A stretch of DNA of 63,687 nucleotides, filler included, from Sphacelaria rigidula (Eukaryota): the NCBI GenBank assembly GCA_964200075.2. It is 11 parts of 11 records of this genome, joined end to end, with 100 filler letters (N's around TTAATTAATTAA, not from the genome) between each part and the next. Parts side by side here need not be neighbours in the genome. Positions count along the whole stretch, not along the records: positions 23,197 to 28,895 come from CAXNAA020025155.1; positions 28,996 to 34,694 come from CAXNAA020025156.1; positions 34,795 to 40,493 come from CAXNAA020025157.1; 8 more parts are not named here. The stretch is one strand, 5' to 3'. The position numbers and the translations under genes are program-made. The notes beneath the pieces were generated by a model that saw only the letters and a program-made list of their open reading frames with translations, did no database searches and was not told the DNA's origin. Below, one piece after another: positions 24,175-36,884 of this stretch (positions within the stretch are counted from its first letter, which is position 1; the number at the start of each line of letters is the position of its first letter).

Positions 24175-24540
24175 GAGCTGCAATCGCTTTCCCGCGGCCT
24201 GTGTCCTTTCGTTTGGGTATGAGTGCACATGGTTTTGCGCAAGACTTCTTTTTCAGCCCAAAGCCATGTTGCACAGGCGGCCGGCCATTTCGAGTTGTTC
24301 CGCTATATTTTTGCTCTTCTTTTTTCATGTTTTTTCGGTGTATTCCCTTCGTCTTCTGTCTCTTCTGCCTTTCTGTTTTTCTTCACTTTTCTCCGGCGAG
24401 CGCTTCCGTTCCGTTCCGTTTTGTTTACCTTGGACAAGCCTTGGATAAGGTACGCCTACCTTGTGCATAATGAGCATGCCTGGGTCCCTCGGAGATCAGT
24501 TAATGTGCGACAATCAACGCAATCAAGCAATCAAATCAAC
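24175..24540 (+). mobile_element. 3' end of a (CAAT)n-tailed LINE/SINE family
   Basis: Pyrimidine-rich body ending TCCCTCGG.GATC...GACAATCAA; homologous to 56805-57240 (minus) and 58080-58305 (plus). Confidence 0.7.
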
Positions 24541-24781
24541 ACATGCAAACAGTAGTGGCAAAAGCGAGCTGCGTAGCCCTTTGGCCCCCGGAGGTGCCCG
24601 TGTGAGTGTGAAGTCGACACCAATTTCACTCGAAAAAGGATCCGGAAATAATTATGCCGACTCGACCCACATATAGACACCTCCGGCGGCCAAAGAGTTG
24701 AGTCGCTTTGTAGGGGAATCGAATTTATCTTCCCTTCTTCTTTTTTTTCTCCGAATATTCGAGTTATGAGGCATTTATTTA

Positions 24782-25164
24782 GGCCAAGTCTTCGCATATT
24801 ATTTTTCGATCGAAAACGTGCGGTGGAAAAAAAAAAATGATCTGATAGGTTGGTTGTCCGTCCCGTCGACACGAGTGACGTCGGCATAAACGACGACCTG
24901 TACCAGATCGGATCACGTCTTTTCCCACCGCGCGTACGTTTTCGATTGAAACCTATTTTGGCTAAGAGCCTGTCTTAGCACATGGGTTTTCCATTGAAAT
25001 TGTGCGGTGGAAAGCAAAAATCCCGATCTGATGGGTCGTAATTTCAACCATCGTCACTAGTTTTGAAGATGGTCGATATCATGACCTATCAGATCAGGAT
25101 TTTTGTTTCCATCGCACTTTTCGATCGAAAACTAATGTGTTAAGACAGGGCCTGAGACACGCCA
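24782..25164. mobile_element. Two nested Tourist/PIF-Harbinger-like MITEs (inner 24966-25152 inside the right TIR of the outer)
   Basis: Outer element flanked by TTA/TTA; inner GAGCCTGTCTTAGCACAT...ATGTGTTAAGACAGGGCC flanked by TAA/TGA; both are long imperfect palindromes with TTTTCGATCGAAAA motifs. Confidence 0.75.
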
Positions 25165-25883
25165 TTATTTGACAGCGCTTTCAGCAAAAAAAATTGGGAG
25201 TACCGCCCGCCGCCCTTGTCTTGGACACCTGTACGCATGCATCATAATACCACTTCGGGGGAGTCTAGTGCACTCTCCCGATTTGCCACGTTGGCTCCTA
25301 GATCTCACAAGTGTCCAGTCACCCTGATCAAAGTGGACATTGAAATAAACGTGTTCATCTGATGTGATTTTTTTTGCAACAAAACAAAGCCCACATCGTC
25401 TCCTCATTTTATTTTTTCGTTCTCAACTGGATTTTAGGAAAAGTGACAGTATGCGAAACCTATACGCCCACTTAGGTAACCGAAAAATTGGGGTAAACGA
25501 ACCTTACAGAGGCAAAGCATAGTGCAGAAATACGAGTATGAGTAGCAGTAACCGCGAAGTTTTCCATTTTGGGGGAGAAGCTCAAAAACGCAATTGTCAA
25601 ACGTAGTAAAACTCAAGAAAAAAGTCACGCAAAAACTAAGAATGAAAAAATAGAAACAAGCACCTGATTAGTTCATTGCGAGGAGCGCCCCACGTACATG
25701 TTGGATTCCATGACTTCAACCTACAACCCAGCACCTCTCATCGCCGTGACTGTGGGAAAAATCCTTGTTTTTTTCGGGATAGTCACAAACGCCTGCCAAA
25801 AACGTGTGAACAAGAACTATAACAAAGAACATCAAAACTAAACAAAACACAAGAAAAAAAAAATATATATATATGTATATATA

Positions 25884-26740
25884 CAGTGGGGGGCTCTCAG
25901 TAGTGCCGATTGAATAGTGCCAACGATCTACAAAATGCCGGTAAAATCTCCGGGCACAGCCAGAGCTCGCAGTAGTGCCGGTTTGAACGGTTTTGTACCC
26001 TCAACAGTGCCGGTTCCGGATACACTCACGCACGCGTCACCCCCCACCAACCAAGCACCAGTAGGGGTACAGCAGGGTACGTGCTGGTGCAGGCCTTGCA
26101 ACGTAGGGACACAACATGCCTTGTGCGGAAGGTGAACTGTGCCTGGTGCAGGCCACGACGCCAGAAGGCCGTCATGGCCACGGTTGCCAGGGGGCATGTG
26201 GCGAGAGGCTTCACGGTATTTGCGGCAGCATGTTTGGCGACAACGAAATGCACCGCATCTGCAGCAAGGGCCTTCAAAAAAAGGGCAAGCGCTCAACGGT
26301 TTCATCCGAGGGTGCTGGATCGGGGCAGTCTACAAGCAAACGCGCGAAAACAGGGAGTGAAGGCGCGTCTCGCGCCCGGCTCACCATCAAGCAGAAGATG
26401 GAGGTCGTGAGGCTCCTGGACCAGCGCGTTTCTCACGAAGAGATCGCTGATCGCTTCGGATGCGCAGCACGGACGGTTCGCAAGATCAAGGCCGAGCGGG
26501 AGAAGGTGGAGAAGGAGGCTGCCACAGCAGGCAGAGACGGCATGAAAACCTGGTCCCACGAAGGGCAAGCGTAGCACTGTACGAACGGAGGGTCGTCCGT
26601 AGTGCCAGAACCGGCACTACTGGGGTATTCAGAGCCCTCAATTGCACCTGTTTGGCACTTTTCAGAGTAGTGCCGGGCTCTCTGAGTAGTGCCGGTGTCC
26701 GTGGTGGGCACATACCGGCACTACTGAGAGCCCCCCACTG
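25884..26740 (+). mobile_element. Internally deleted pogo/Tigger-type (Tc1/mariner superfamily) transposon, 857 bp
   Basis: Perfect 25-bp TIR CAGTGGGGGGCTCTCAGTAGTGCCG, TA target duplication, multiple subterminal AGTAGTGCC motifs. Confidence 0.92.
26230..26574 (+). CDS. Truncated pogo transposase ORF: CENP-B N-terminal/psq-type helix-turn-helix only
   Basis: RARLTIKQKMEVVRLLDQRVSHEEIADRFGCAARTVRKIKAEREKV matches the first HTH of pogo/Tigger transposases; no DDD catalytic domain. Start codon uncertain. Confidence 0.75.
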   Translation: MFGDNEMHRICSKGLQKKGKRSTVSSEGAGSGQSTSKRAKTGSEGASRARLTIKQKMEVVRLLDQRVSHEEIADRFGCAARTVRKIKAEREKVEKEAATAGRDGMKTWSHEGQA

Positions 26741-26911
26741 TATATACATTGCAATCGGCGCTTCACGTACACACATATTGGGATTTCCTGCGTTAACCTA
26801 CAGTTCACCTCTCTCCGTCATGATTGGCATAATTATTTCGCTGTGTTCGCGGGTCTGAAACTAAAAAAACACCGCGAAAAAAGAAAAATGGTTATTGTAA
26901 CGAGCGCGCCA

Positions 26912-27150
26912 AACGGTGCCTCCTCTCGAAAGGGATGCGTGGTCAACGGTCAAATGACTGAGGCAAGCAACAAATGAGTACGCTCCCCCCCGCCACTCCC
27001 CTTCCTCCCCCAATGAGCGCCCAAATGTTGGAGATGTCTTTATTGGGAGTAGGAACGGTGCTCCGTCTCGAAATGGATGCGTGGTCACTGGTCAAACGAC
27101 TACGATCTGCGACTGCTCCACGCCCCCATCCCCATCCCCGTTCCCCCTCT
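26912..27150 (+). mobile_element. Two head-to-tail family B oligo-C-terminated copies
   Basis: CTCGAAA.GGATGCGTGGTCA..GGTCAAA.GACT occurs twice, each followed by a C-rich tract. Confidence 0.78.
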
Positions 27151-27445
27151 TACCGTCATAGTGGACCCCGTCGTAGATCACGAAGATACGTTTGGCGAAG
27201 CCTCCGTCTTCTCCGTACGAGTAGGCGTTGTTGGTTTGGATATCCACCACAGTGATCATTACCGCCAGCTGCGGCAGATGCCCGTGTGTTTGGATAGATT
27301 TTGACGGGCATGTACGCGCGTCCAATACGAGTACAGGGGAACAGACGTAATGGGGAGCGGGTGGGAGCGGTAACGAAATTATATAGGGTGGTGCGGGGAA
27401 GGGAGGGGTGAAGCGAAAAAAGCGGGGGTGATAACGACGAAGATC

Positions 27446-27807
27446 ATGAATGTGTATTGTCGTCCCATCTATTCTGGACGCCGGTCTACACCTTTCGGGA
27501 TATGTGGGCGCATCAGCTGGGGTCACACAGGAGGATGGTCAACACAGAAGCTTCTTCTTTTTTATTTGTTTTTAGTAGCCCACCTTCCTTCTGCGGTGCT
27601 TGCCTTTCATTTTTATCGCGAGAGGGGTTCGGCAGTCCCTTTCCCTCGTCGACCGTTACGTCGAATTTTGTGTACCCACGACATAGTCGCTCTCCACTAC
27701 TGTTGGGCATGGTGTGAGAAAAAATCCCAGATCGCTCCGAGAATTGAACCCACGACCCAACCAACAAAAGGTTTCGTGGTTACCAACTGAACCACCGGGG
27801 CGACCGG
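27446..27807 (-). mobile_element. tRNA-derived SINE, full-length, with a candidate CATGAATG target duplication
   Basis: A/B-box head at the 27807 end; CATGAATG at 27445-27452 and 27810-27817. Confidence 0.85.
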
Positions 27808-27825
27808 TCCATGAATGATATTTGA

Positions 27826-27950
27826 TCATTGATGATGATGTTCAGTATGGTGATGATGACGATGATGACCAGGGTGATGATGATGCTGAGAACAATACGT
27901 GACGAGGATGATGACGATGAAGATAATGTGACAACGATGAAGATGATGAT
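27826..27950. repeat. Degenerate (GAT)n microsatellite
   Basis: Runs of GATGATGAT/GACGAT. Confidence 0.8.
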
Positions 27951-28417
27951 AGTAAGGCCTCGCGCAAAACGAGTCCAATTGATATTATAGATAGCTAGAT
28001 AGATCAAACAGAGTAAACTGAGTAAAAAACAAGAGACGAACAAAACATCAAGAAAAAAAGCATTAAAACATGGAAACGCAAGGTAACCTGAGGTACTGTT
28101 CTCGATACTGCAGATACCGTGGAAACCTAAGGTACCAGCCCTGGGGTACGCGGCACTACAAACAAATACAGTGGTGCAGTTGCGTATCGGTGGTAATGAA
28201 CAATGGTATATATATATATATATCGGAGATCGGCGCAGCCAATATAGTACCTTTTTTAGAAGCGGATATATCGCAAAAAAACGGCATCCACCGCGAAAAA
28301 TATCGGCTTTTACAGCAAAAGTATTAGAGAGCGCTGCGAGAAGGTCGCCGGAGGCAGTAAAATTGGGGTGCCTTCGCTTCATTTCTCATCAAAATTTGAC
28401 CCAAACTGTATAGTATG

Positions 28418-28508
28418 CCCCCCCTCCCCCCTCCGTCTCGAAAGGGATGCGTGGTCAATGGTCAAACGACCAAGGCAAGCAACAAATGGGTACGCCCCCC
28501 CCTCCCCG
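28418..28508 (+). mobile_element. Family B oligo-C-terminated copy flanked by CCCCCCCTCCCC direct repeats
   Basis: CCCCCCCTCCCC ... AAATGGGTACG CCCCCCCCTCCCC; abuts a family A copy. Confidence 0.8.
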
Positions 28509-28820
28509 CTGATGGTGAAACACCCATGAGGCAATGTGGAACCCGTGGCCGTCTCTAGAAGTGGTGATACCAAAAAATGAAGGCACTCATTGGAGGCTGC
28601 CATCCAAATGCAAGATAATCAGTATGGTTCGTGCCGAGCAATCTTAGCAGGATGCGGCTCACCCGTCATGCGACTCGCCGTACACATCACGGCGCTGCGC
28701 GCTTGGTGATTGAGTGCGAGCCTGGTATGGCGAAAACCCGGCGTGCTCCGTCCCTGCTTTGTAGGGATGCGAGGTCAATGGTCTTGTGACTACGGCACGC
28801 AAGATCATGCGTACCCTCCG

Positions 28821-28857
<37 letters not shown>
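28509..28857 (+). mobile_element. Family A oligo-C-terminated retroposon, apparently full-length (~310 bp + C tail)
   Basis: ATGGTGAAACACCCATGAGGCA ... GGTCAATGGTCTTGTGACTACGGCACGCAAGATCATGCGTAC + long C-run. Confidence 0.8.
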
Positions 28858-29835
28858 ACACCACCCCCCCGAACAGCACGAGAGGAAGTCTCTCCNNNNN
28901 NNNNNNNNNNNNNNNNNNNNNNNNNNNNNNNNNNNNNNNTTAATTAATTAANNNNNNNNNNNNNNNNNNNNNNNNNNNNNNNNNNNNNNNNNNNNTAGCA
29001 ACAGCTAGGTCACCACCATAGGTATCTTTTTTCACTCCGCATGTCAAAAAGGTCTCTACAAGTGTTTGATCTCTCATACACCCCCCTCAACTGGCGTGTG
29101 GCAGGCCCTTCTGCTCGGGCACCCCGTTGGGGGAGGTCGGGGAAAGTCAACGATGAATAACACCCCCTAAGTTCAAATTGGATCTATCTCTTACTGCCGC
29201 AGCACCGCCCTTCCTGGCATATGTGTGACAGAGAACAGTAGTAGCGGTGAGGGGAACATTGCCCTATTTGTTCAACGACATGTTTTTCAGTGCACAGACG
29301 CGCATCCTGTCGAAAAGGAGAGGCAGAGAGGAATCGATCTTCGCATTCGTAAGCTCGACAGGCAAGGAGAGACGACGGAATCTCTCCGCACGTCGATGTT
29401 CTGGCGCATGAATATTTTGGCACATGGTGGTATAATAACATCGATGATGCCAGTTTCTCAAGCGATTGGTAATCGCCGAGCGAGGATACACAAAGGACAC
29501 GGGCGAGGAGTTTCCTCTCTGTCTTTGCTTCTATCTCTGGTGATATCGTCATCGACACGCGTGTACACCGCATTCGTCAGGTGCACCTAGCCACAGCTGC
29601 TCATGCCCCTCCAACCCCGTATTTTGTATGAAACACATTTTCTAGGATCCACTGTTATATTGGACCTCGTGGAGGGGCATCTTGGAACTGAAGCGATTTA
29701 ATCGCTACTTGACCGATTTTCACTCTCAATCGTATCCTCTACTCTGACTTTCACGACAACACTGTTTCCTCACGTTGGACACGATACCCGCATTGTCTCA
29801 TTTGCAATCAAGAGGGTTTTAGCCAGACTGGGAGT

Positions 29836-31059
29836 CAGGCTTTAGTTCCGTATGCGCGTTTTTATTTGAAATTAAGGTCTATTTGGTTTTTGTAAGCTCT
29901 TTTAGCGCAAATTATGCGCGCTTCATGCGCCTTATTCCCGTTCTTGTTGTAGCGCTGTGGCAGTATCCCCTCACGAGGCACGCCTTCTAGCATGAGGACA
30001 AGACGACAACTTGGGCATTCGAAGTTTTGTTAATTATTTATAGTTGAAAAATGAAGCTTTTCTTCAGTTATTGCGTTTGGAGACCACAGCTTGCACACCT
30101 ACACCCTAACCCACGTGCGGGAACACAAACGCCACCACACGTACGATACTTGATACAACAGGACGGCATTATGGCCTCTAGACACACGGCATTGCAGCCT
30201 CTGGCCTCTCGCCCGGCAAGCTACACGCTACAAGCTACAAGCTACAAGCTATCACCACCCCCCCCGCATCATCTACCGTCAGTCGAAATTGAAAGTATTG
30301 TCGAACTACCGGTACCGATTGTACTTCATCATAACTGCGGATTCGATCCGGTCACCTAGCGCCTTCTCCTCCCTGGAGTTCAACCACCCTCTCAAAATCG
30401 ATTACACTCGCTCCATGGACGCGGACGATGGCTGAATAAGTAGAATACCCATCGCCACGAGATACCAACTGGGAAGCCTGTTTTTGTTGTCATCTCAAAA
30501 CGACAGCAAACCGTACTCCGAGTGCGCGCCTGAGGCCGTGACCGAAACGTCGTCCTTCCCGGACTGTAGGCCCGCCATGACCTCGTGAGTTACAAACGCT
30601 GCTATCACTCGTCATCATTTATCTCTGTTGGTGCTGCTGTTACTCCTGCTGTCTGCTGTACAAAGTACAAAGTACAAGTAGTGTATTATTCATTTAGTAC
30701 CTCAACATATTTTTGGAAGCAACATATACAATGTGTATTAAATATAAACTGGAGCAGTCTGCATCAGACCCGCAACAAAATAGGAACACGAAACATGACC
30801 ACGGAAATTTGAAGTATCGAGTGTTGGAGCCTGAAGCCTGGCGCCTGTCGGCCTGTCTGGTGACGAGATACGCCACGTGGACCACTTGCGAGCAAAACAA
30901 TATCGCAAATTCATGCGCGTTTCTGCGCGTTTTAAGCAAGTTAAGCTCGTTCCAACCGTATTAAGCCGACCATAAGCTTTGCGCTAAACAGCCCTTTTCA
31001 AGCTAAAAAGAAGAGCAAATTAAGCAAAACGTTTTGCGTGCATACGGAACTAAAGCCTA
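29836..31059. mobile_element. Non-autonomous hAT element, 1,224 bp
   Basis: TIR (C/T)AGGCTTTAGTTCCGTATGC; 8-bp flanks CTGGGAGT / CTGAGAGT (7 of 8 identical). Confidence 0.88.
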
Positions 31060-32400
31060 CTGAGAGTCGAGCGAGTGATTGAGAGTGAAAGCGCAAAGAA
31101 GGGGAGATCCTTATCCATTCATCGACTGGTGTTTCTTGGGGGATTATTCGCGGAAGAAGGCAAGGAGCGGCTCGAATGAAAGCTCCTAGGCGTGGGTGAA
31201 CCCCGTGTATATTTTGTGTTGAATTTTGATAGAGCCAGTAATCTAGTTGTTCGTTTTTTTTGGGTTTTTGACTCTGTAAAAATATAGCGGCATAATAGGT
31301 TCCGGGTCATAAAGAGCCCCAGCGACAACCCTGGGTACACTACCGCTTCATATGGATCCTTGACGGTAGATATCTTTCATGCTGACGTAAGCTCGTAGGA
31401 TACGACAGTGTGCTGCCCTTCTTTGTAATAATGTACTGCATTAAGGTGACTAGATCATGTAGCTTACAGTAAATCTAGTCTGAGCTGGCAGACCAACACG
31501 TCAGTGTTGAGGAGGATGCGTTTCAGCCTCACGTACGCAGTCTTAACCCAAAAATAAAGAAGGCAACTCAAATTCCAGGATTCCCGCACACAAGAAACAT
31601 ACGCACCTCATGTATCTTTCGACGGTTTAGTACTGTATTTTCAGTACAAGTCAAGTGTTACCTTGCTTGTGGATTTCTCCGCCGTGCCTGAACGAACCAG
31701 CCTGAAACTTGGCACAGAGGCCACAAACAGCATATTCCCGGATGGGCGGCACGTTTTATGTGGTACGCCAGACGTACCAAGCGAATACAGATTTTGGGCA
31801 ATGCCATCGCTACGCCCTCAAAAAACGGAGTCCCCTCGGCCCAGACTGCGTGAGACATCAATGAATGCATATGTTGATACGCAGATGCGCTCACTTCCAT
31901 ATCATGACCTCCTGGGTGGCTCCTGCCCTGACAAACGAACTCGATCGGTATTGGGCACACTCTGAATGATGTCATTCTACGCGATGCATATCTTGGTATT
32001 GCCTGTAGAGGTGCTCACGTCAGGAGGCACGGTCACGCAAGCGCTATAAGTGATTTTACGCGCTAAAACTTCGACCACATGACACGTAAACAAGAGACAA
32101 CAACCTCATTTTGCAGAATCTGGGATTGGGCTGTATGTGCGTGCGTATTGGGGCGAAAATATGTCAGATTCTGTACCGGTTTTTTCGTTTTTCTTTTCTG
32201 GGAAAACGACAGTACATGTCAAGATTTTGTTTTTGTTCTAAGGATTGATTGCGCTGAACTTGGTCGACACGACCACGCACCCGCAATCACTCTTCTTCAC
32301 CACCTTCCGTTCTCTGCTTTGAGAAGAGATTGTGCCTTCTGCTTTGTCTTGGCCAAGTGAAGAGCCCAATCAACCATCTGTCCCATCGACTCTTATCTTA

Positions 32401-33195
32401 TTCTACAGAAGCAAGTGGTCTCACAACCACAGGTGCGACCTCTGCCATACGACTGTTCGCTGAGCAGTAGTCAGCCTGTCGCAAGAACAGTGCTACAGAA
32501 CACGAGCTATTCTAGCAGGTTATGAGCCTCGATTGGCGATCACGTTGGTCACCAGGTCATCAGACTTCGATTCGAGACTACGTTGGTCAGCGCCAGCGAA
32601 GGGACTTCTCATCAAGGTCGTCACAGCAGCAAAAAGTGAGAGGAATCCAGCTTTCAGATTTTTCAATTGCACAAGGTTTTAGGTGTGATATTTTTTCAAC
32701 ATTTGTAACAGGTTAATACTCAAGGAGAGCCATCTGTTGCACAGCTCAGCAGGAGCATAAAGTATTTAGACAATACAAATTTCCTCGAATGGAAGTACAG
32801 CACGCATACCACGGTTTCTCTGACACATCCAGGGATTTCTGGTATAATGAACGGCGGTATACGTCCCGCGGAAAGGTTTGATGACGTGGAGCACATTCAA
32901 GGTGCCGAATCACTCCCGGTTGCACGACTTACTTCAAGATACCTCCTCCACACACTCGCTTCCAAGGAACTCCACCGTGTTCGTCTCAAGGGGCAGCCGA
33001 AACAAGTGATCCAGTTGAGGACCGAGCTGGCGGCGAAGTGGACTTCTCCTAGGAGGAAACACATGTTAGAATTGTTGGAAGTATTTGTGGCTCGTGGCGT
33101 TTGGTACTGTTCTCGAAACAGACCGACTACCGTCGCGGAGACAGTAGTTTAGCAGAAGTTGCACAGTGGTAGTCAAACCACTTGCTTCTGCAGAA
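32401..33195. repeat. Old inverted duplication (32401-32507 vs 33090-33195)
   Basis: TTCT.CAGAAGCAAGTGGT...AC.ACCAC...TGC.AC.TCTGC...ACTGT...GTAGTC.G.CTGT...AGAACAGT...CACGAGC on opposite strands. Confidence 0.65.
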
Positions 33196-33918
33196 GACAG
33201 AAAGTCCAAAGACAAAAATGGTGTTTTGGGTAATCGATTATACTTACGCTCCAGGATCTGCCTGGATACGAAGGAAATAGATATGGAGATTGGATCATGC
33301 CATGCAGGGGAAATACGAATAAGAGATCATTCTGTTATTGATGGTATACCCGATGTAGTGGTTGCAGTGCATATCTGCTGGGGCGGCACACGCCTTTTCG
33401 CGTGCTGAAAATCTGGGATTATGACATGTCATTTTGATTGAGCATTTTTCCCAGGAATGAGTACCCCACTTCATTCAGTTGTGCGTAAGTGTGTAAGTCA
33501 GTGTAAGTGAGAGGTGTGTTTTCGGTATATGTGTGTGTATGTGAGTGGGCGAAAATGGGTGAATTAATTACATGAATAATACCTGGTCTCAACTGGCCAC
33601 GGCAGGCCTACAACTTCCCGCGACAACGCACCCGGTGCATGAGGCTTCCTATTATGCTAGCATCAAACCTGGGTCAAGGCTCATGTACGGACTGCTAGGG
33701 ATTTACATGTCGTAGGCTTAGTCCTCGAGGGGATCAGGCTACGCCTCGCCCAGGCGACCTCAAGGTTTTCTCAAAAACCGTCAAAAATGATACAAAATAT
33801 ATCTACGGCATTCAAAAGGAGAGATAAAACGGGGTTTTCAAGGAGGCATCAAAACGCGCATACGCCGCAGACAACAAGAAGGACAACATCATCAACGGAC
33901 AGCATCACAGCACCACAA

Positions 33919-34290
33919 GAGCTAACTGGATAGTACGGTACCGAAGATCGGCAGCGGAAACACCCCCCGACACGCGCGTCACCAACACTAGCATTCGAAC
34001 GCCAGTGAGCAGCTGCATCAAGGACAACAAAATCAAAGCTTTTCAGCTATTATACCAGATGGGCGGAGGAGCCCAAGGCATGTATTCATCTTTTATTTTG
34101 TATTTTTGAGCTAAGCGGAGCAGTACGGTACCCAAGATCGGCAGCGGTAATATCCCTCGACACGCGCGTCACCAACTCTAGCATCCGATTGCCAATGAAC
34201 AAGCCACGTCCAAGACTACAACATCAGCTTCCCAGCTTTTACTTCAACACGAGCCGCAGTGCTCAAGAAGGCACGTTTTCCCTTTCAATT
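33919..34290. repeat. Tandem duplication, ~190-bp period
   Basis: AGTACGGTACC.AAGATCGGCAGCGG.AA.A.CCC.CGACACGCGCGTCACCAAC.CTAGCAT occurs twice. Confidence 0.85.
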
Positions 34291-34865
34291 GTTTTCGTTC
34301 GATTGAACATCGAATCTTGATAGAACCACCAGTATTGAAGAGTAAGGTGACTTCAAGAATGTTTTGTTATCGGTAAGTAGTCATTCTATTCTAGTTTGCG
34401 ATTTGGTTTACACATTTTCCTGCTTTCTAGAGTATAATATGCCCTTGTTTTTCTGTTGAACTGGGGGTGTTATACAACACCACACTAAATTGACATCTGG
34501 CCTAACGTGTAACGTGTCGAAGATTCATTTTTCAGGCTTACAGTCGGATTGTTTTTAGTTGGCAATACATTGCCCTTCCTTTTTATCCCCTGTTTTTTCG
34601 ATCACTGTTATGCCCTGCCCATCTAGAGGGAAATGTACCAATTAAGATACAGAGCCAATTAAGATACAAGTTTTTTAATCGTTCATATCTCCGCNNNNNN
34701 NNNNNNNNNNNNNNNNNNNNNNNNNNNNNNNNNNNNNNTTAATTAATTAANNNNNNNNNNNNNNNNNNNNNNNNNNNNNNNNNNNNNNNNNNNNCGTGTA
34801 CCTGGGTTGCAACGCTAAAATAAAGCCTAGCGATTGATTCGTCACGAGTCGTCTCACCATACTAA

Positions 34866-35037
34866 GGCCAACTCTTATGGGAACATTTGAAATTTTATTT
34901 TGCAACAATTTGAGAGGAGTTTCTTCTTTTTTCCTCGTCATCACGGTGAACGGGCACAAAAAACACAACTACGGCAAAAAAAATATATATATATATTTTG
35001 CAAAATAAAAATCTAAACGCTCCCATAAGAGTCGGGC
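34866..35037. mobile_element. Tourist-like (PIF/Harbinger) MITE, 172 bp
   Basis: TIR G(G/C)CC(A/G)ACTCTTATGGGA; TAA target duplication; related empty site ATACTAAAACC at ~37516. Confidence 0.88.
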
Positions 35038-36884
35038 TAAAACCAGGTAATTTTCAGACGAATCATTATTTGTCCGACCCTTGAAAAAATCGAGAATCCG
35101 ACCAAAAGTAAACCTGGGCGTACGAAAAATCGGAAAAGTGCGCTAGAATCTTTGTGGAAACACTGCAAAGTTTTGAGAGGAGACCAAGTCCGCCAAGGCG
35201 CGTATTCTGCAAATATACGCGATAAAAGGCTCAAAAAGAGCAGTTCTCAGAGAGTCCCATTTCGGACTACAGGCTGGTTCACGATGATCACCCAAAAAGA
35301 CACTCATCGGCAAAACCTCACGCCGTTTTAAGGAGTTAGACCCTGAATTTTTGCACAATGTTCTATGGGTAATTACGCAACTTTCGATGATCGAGGTACT
35401 CTTCCTTCTAGACTTTTTCCACCGTTTTTCGGGGGTCCCAGCTTTTGGGGGGGAAACCTCGACCCAATCGGACCCTCGTGAAACTGTAACAAAAAAAATT
35501 AAAAACCTCGTCCATCCGAAGTTGTGTAATGTCCCGAAGCACAGTTGTGCAAAATTTCAGGGTCTAGCTCCTTCAAACGGCGTGAGGTTTTTGGCCTTGG
35601 TGCGATGAAGTTTCCCGTACCGCGGTGAAACCGCAAACTACTTGATTTTCGTACCAAAACGGCGTTTTTGAGCCTTCTTTGATGTGAACATGGAAATTTA
35701 AGCATCAGCTGATCGAGTTTTGCGACGAAAAATTGTGGAGCCCATCCTTGGGTTATGCAAAAACAGGTTGTTTGCGAAAAAATGAAAAAAAATATCGTAG
35801 TTCCGTTTTTCTGGGGTCCCAAAATGAACACTATTTCGAAAATCGGGTAGGCACCGTTCGACCCCTGAAAAACGGTGAAAAACTCAAGAAGTACAAAACG
35901 CATCGTCCGTAGAAAGTTGCATAGCTCTAATGATACATAGCATATTTATGCGGAGTTTCAGGATCCAACTCCCAATGACAGCGTGAACGTTTGCGCGTTT
36001 GTGGAGGACGTGGGCTTGAAACGTGCAACTCCTAACTACTTGGTTTTAGTATGGAAACGTCTTCTGGGGAAATTTTACGCCAAGGCAAGAAAAACTGTAT
36101 GAGGTTTTCGAGTTTCTCCACCAAAATATGTACATGTGTTCCTTGGACTCTTCCGGGACGCATCCTTTCATTATTTTTATTTTAGCGCATTCTGTACCGC
36201 CTTCCGGGGGTCTTCATGCTGGGACCCGGAAGCCGGTAGAGAACGGAGAAAACATTATATATTATCAAGAATACAATTTTTCCATTTCGAGCATCAATAC
36301 CTACGAAACTGCCGAGTTTGAGGGCGATCTGAGCTTTTCTACAACAGATATGAGGAACACCGTCACGAGGCTCCCTGGGTCTTTCGTGGTATCATCAGTG
36401 GAAATTAGACGACGCCGACACCCGACATCACCGAAACATCACGGTTTCCGGTATAATTCGACCCCCGTAGAAGAATATAATTTCCTCGTTAGATTCCCGT
36501 GTCGATGACGGTCACTACGATTTGAAGCATGTAGAAATTGGGTGAAAAATGGGCTTGGTATTCATCATTTAGATCTCGGAACAGTTCGAAGAGCGCTGAT
36601 TGGCTGACACACATTTTCGTCCATAGCGCCACCGCTACGGCCGTAAACAAAAATTCGGCTATGTCACCCTCTTCGTCTGTTCATTGCGGTCAGTATGATA
36701 CCATATATGCGACTTTTGGGTGCGTATTGCAGAAGGCATTTGCTGATGACACAATTTTGGGTGATCACCGTGAACCAGCCTGTAGAAGAAGCGGCGTAAG
36801 ACAGGTGGGTCCTTGGACCGCGAGAGTAGGTCACCTGGGACACGTAGTTTTTTTTCAAGTAATATGTCGATGCCGATTCAACAG

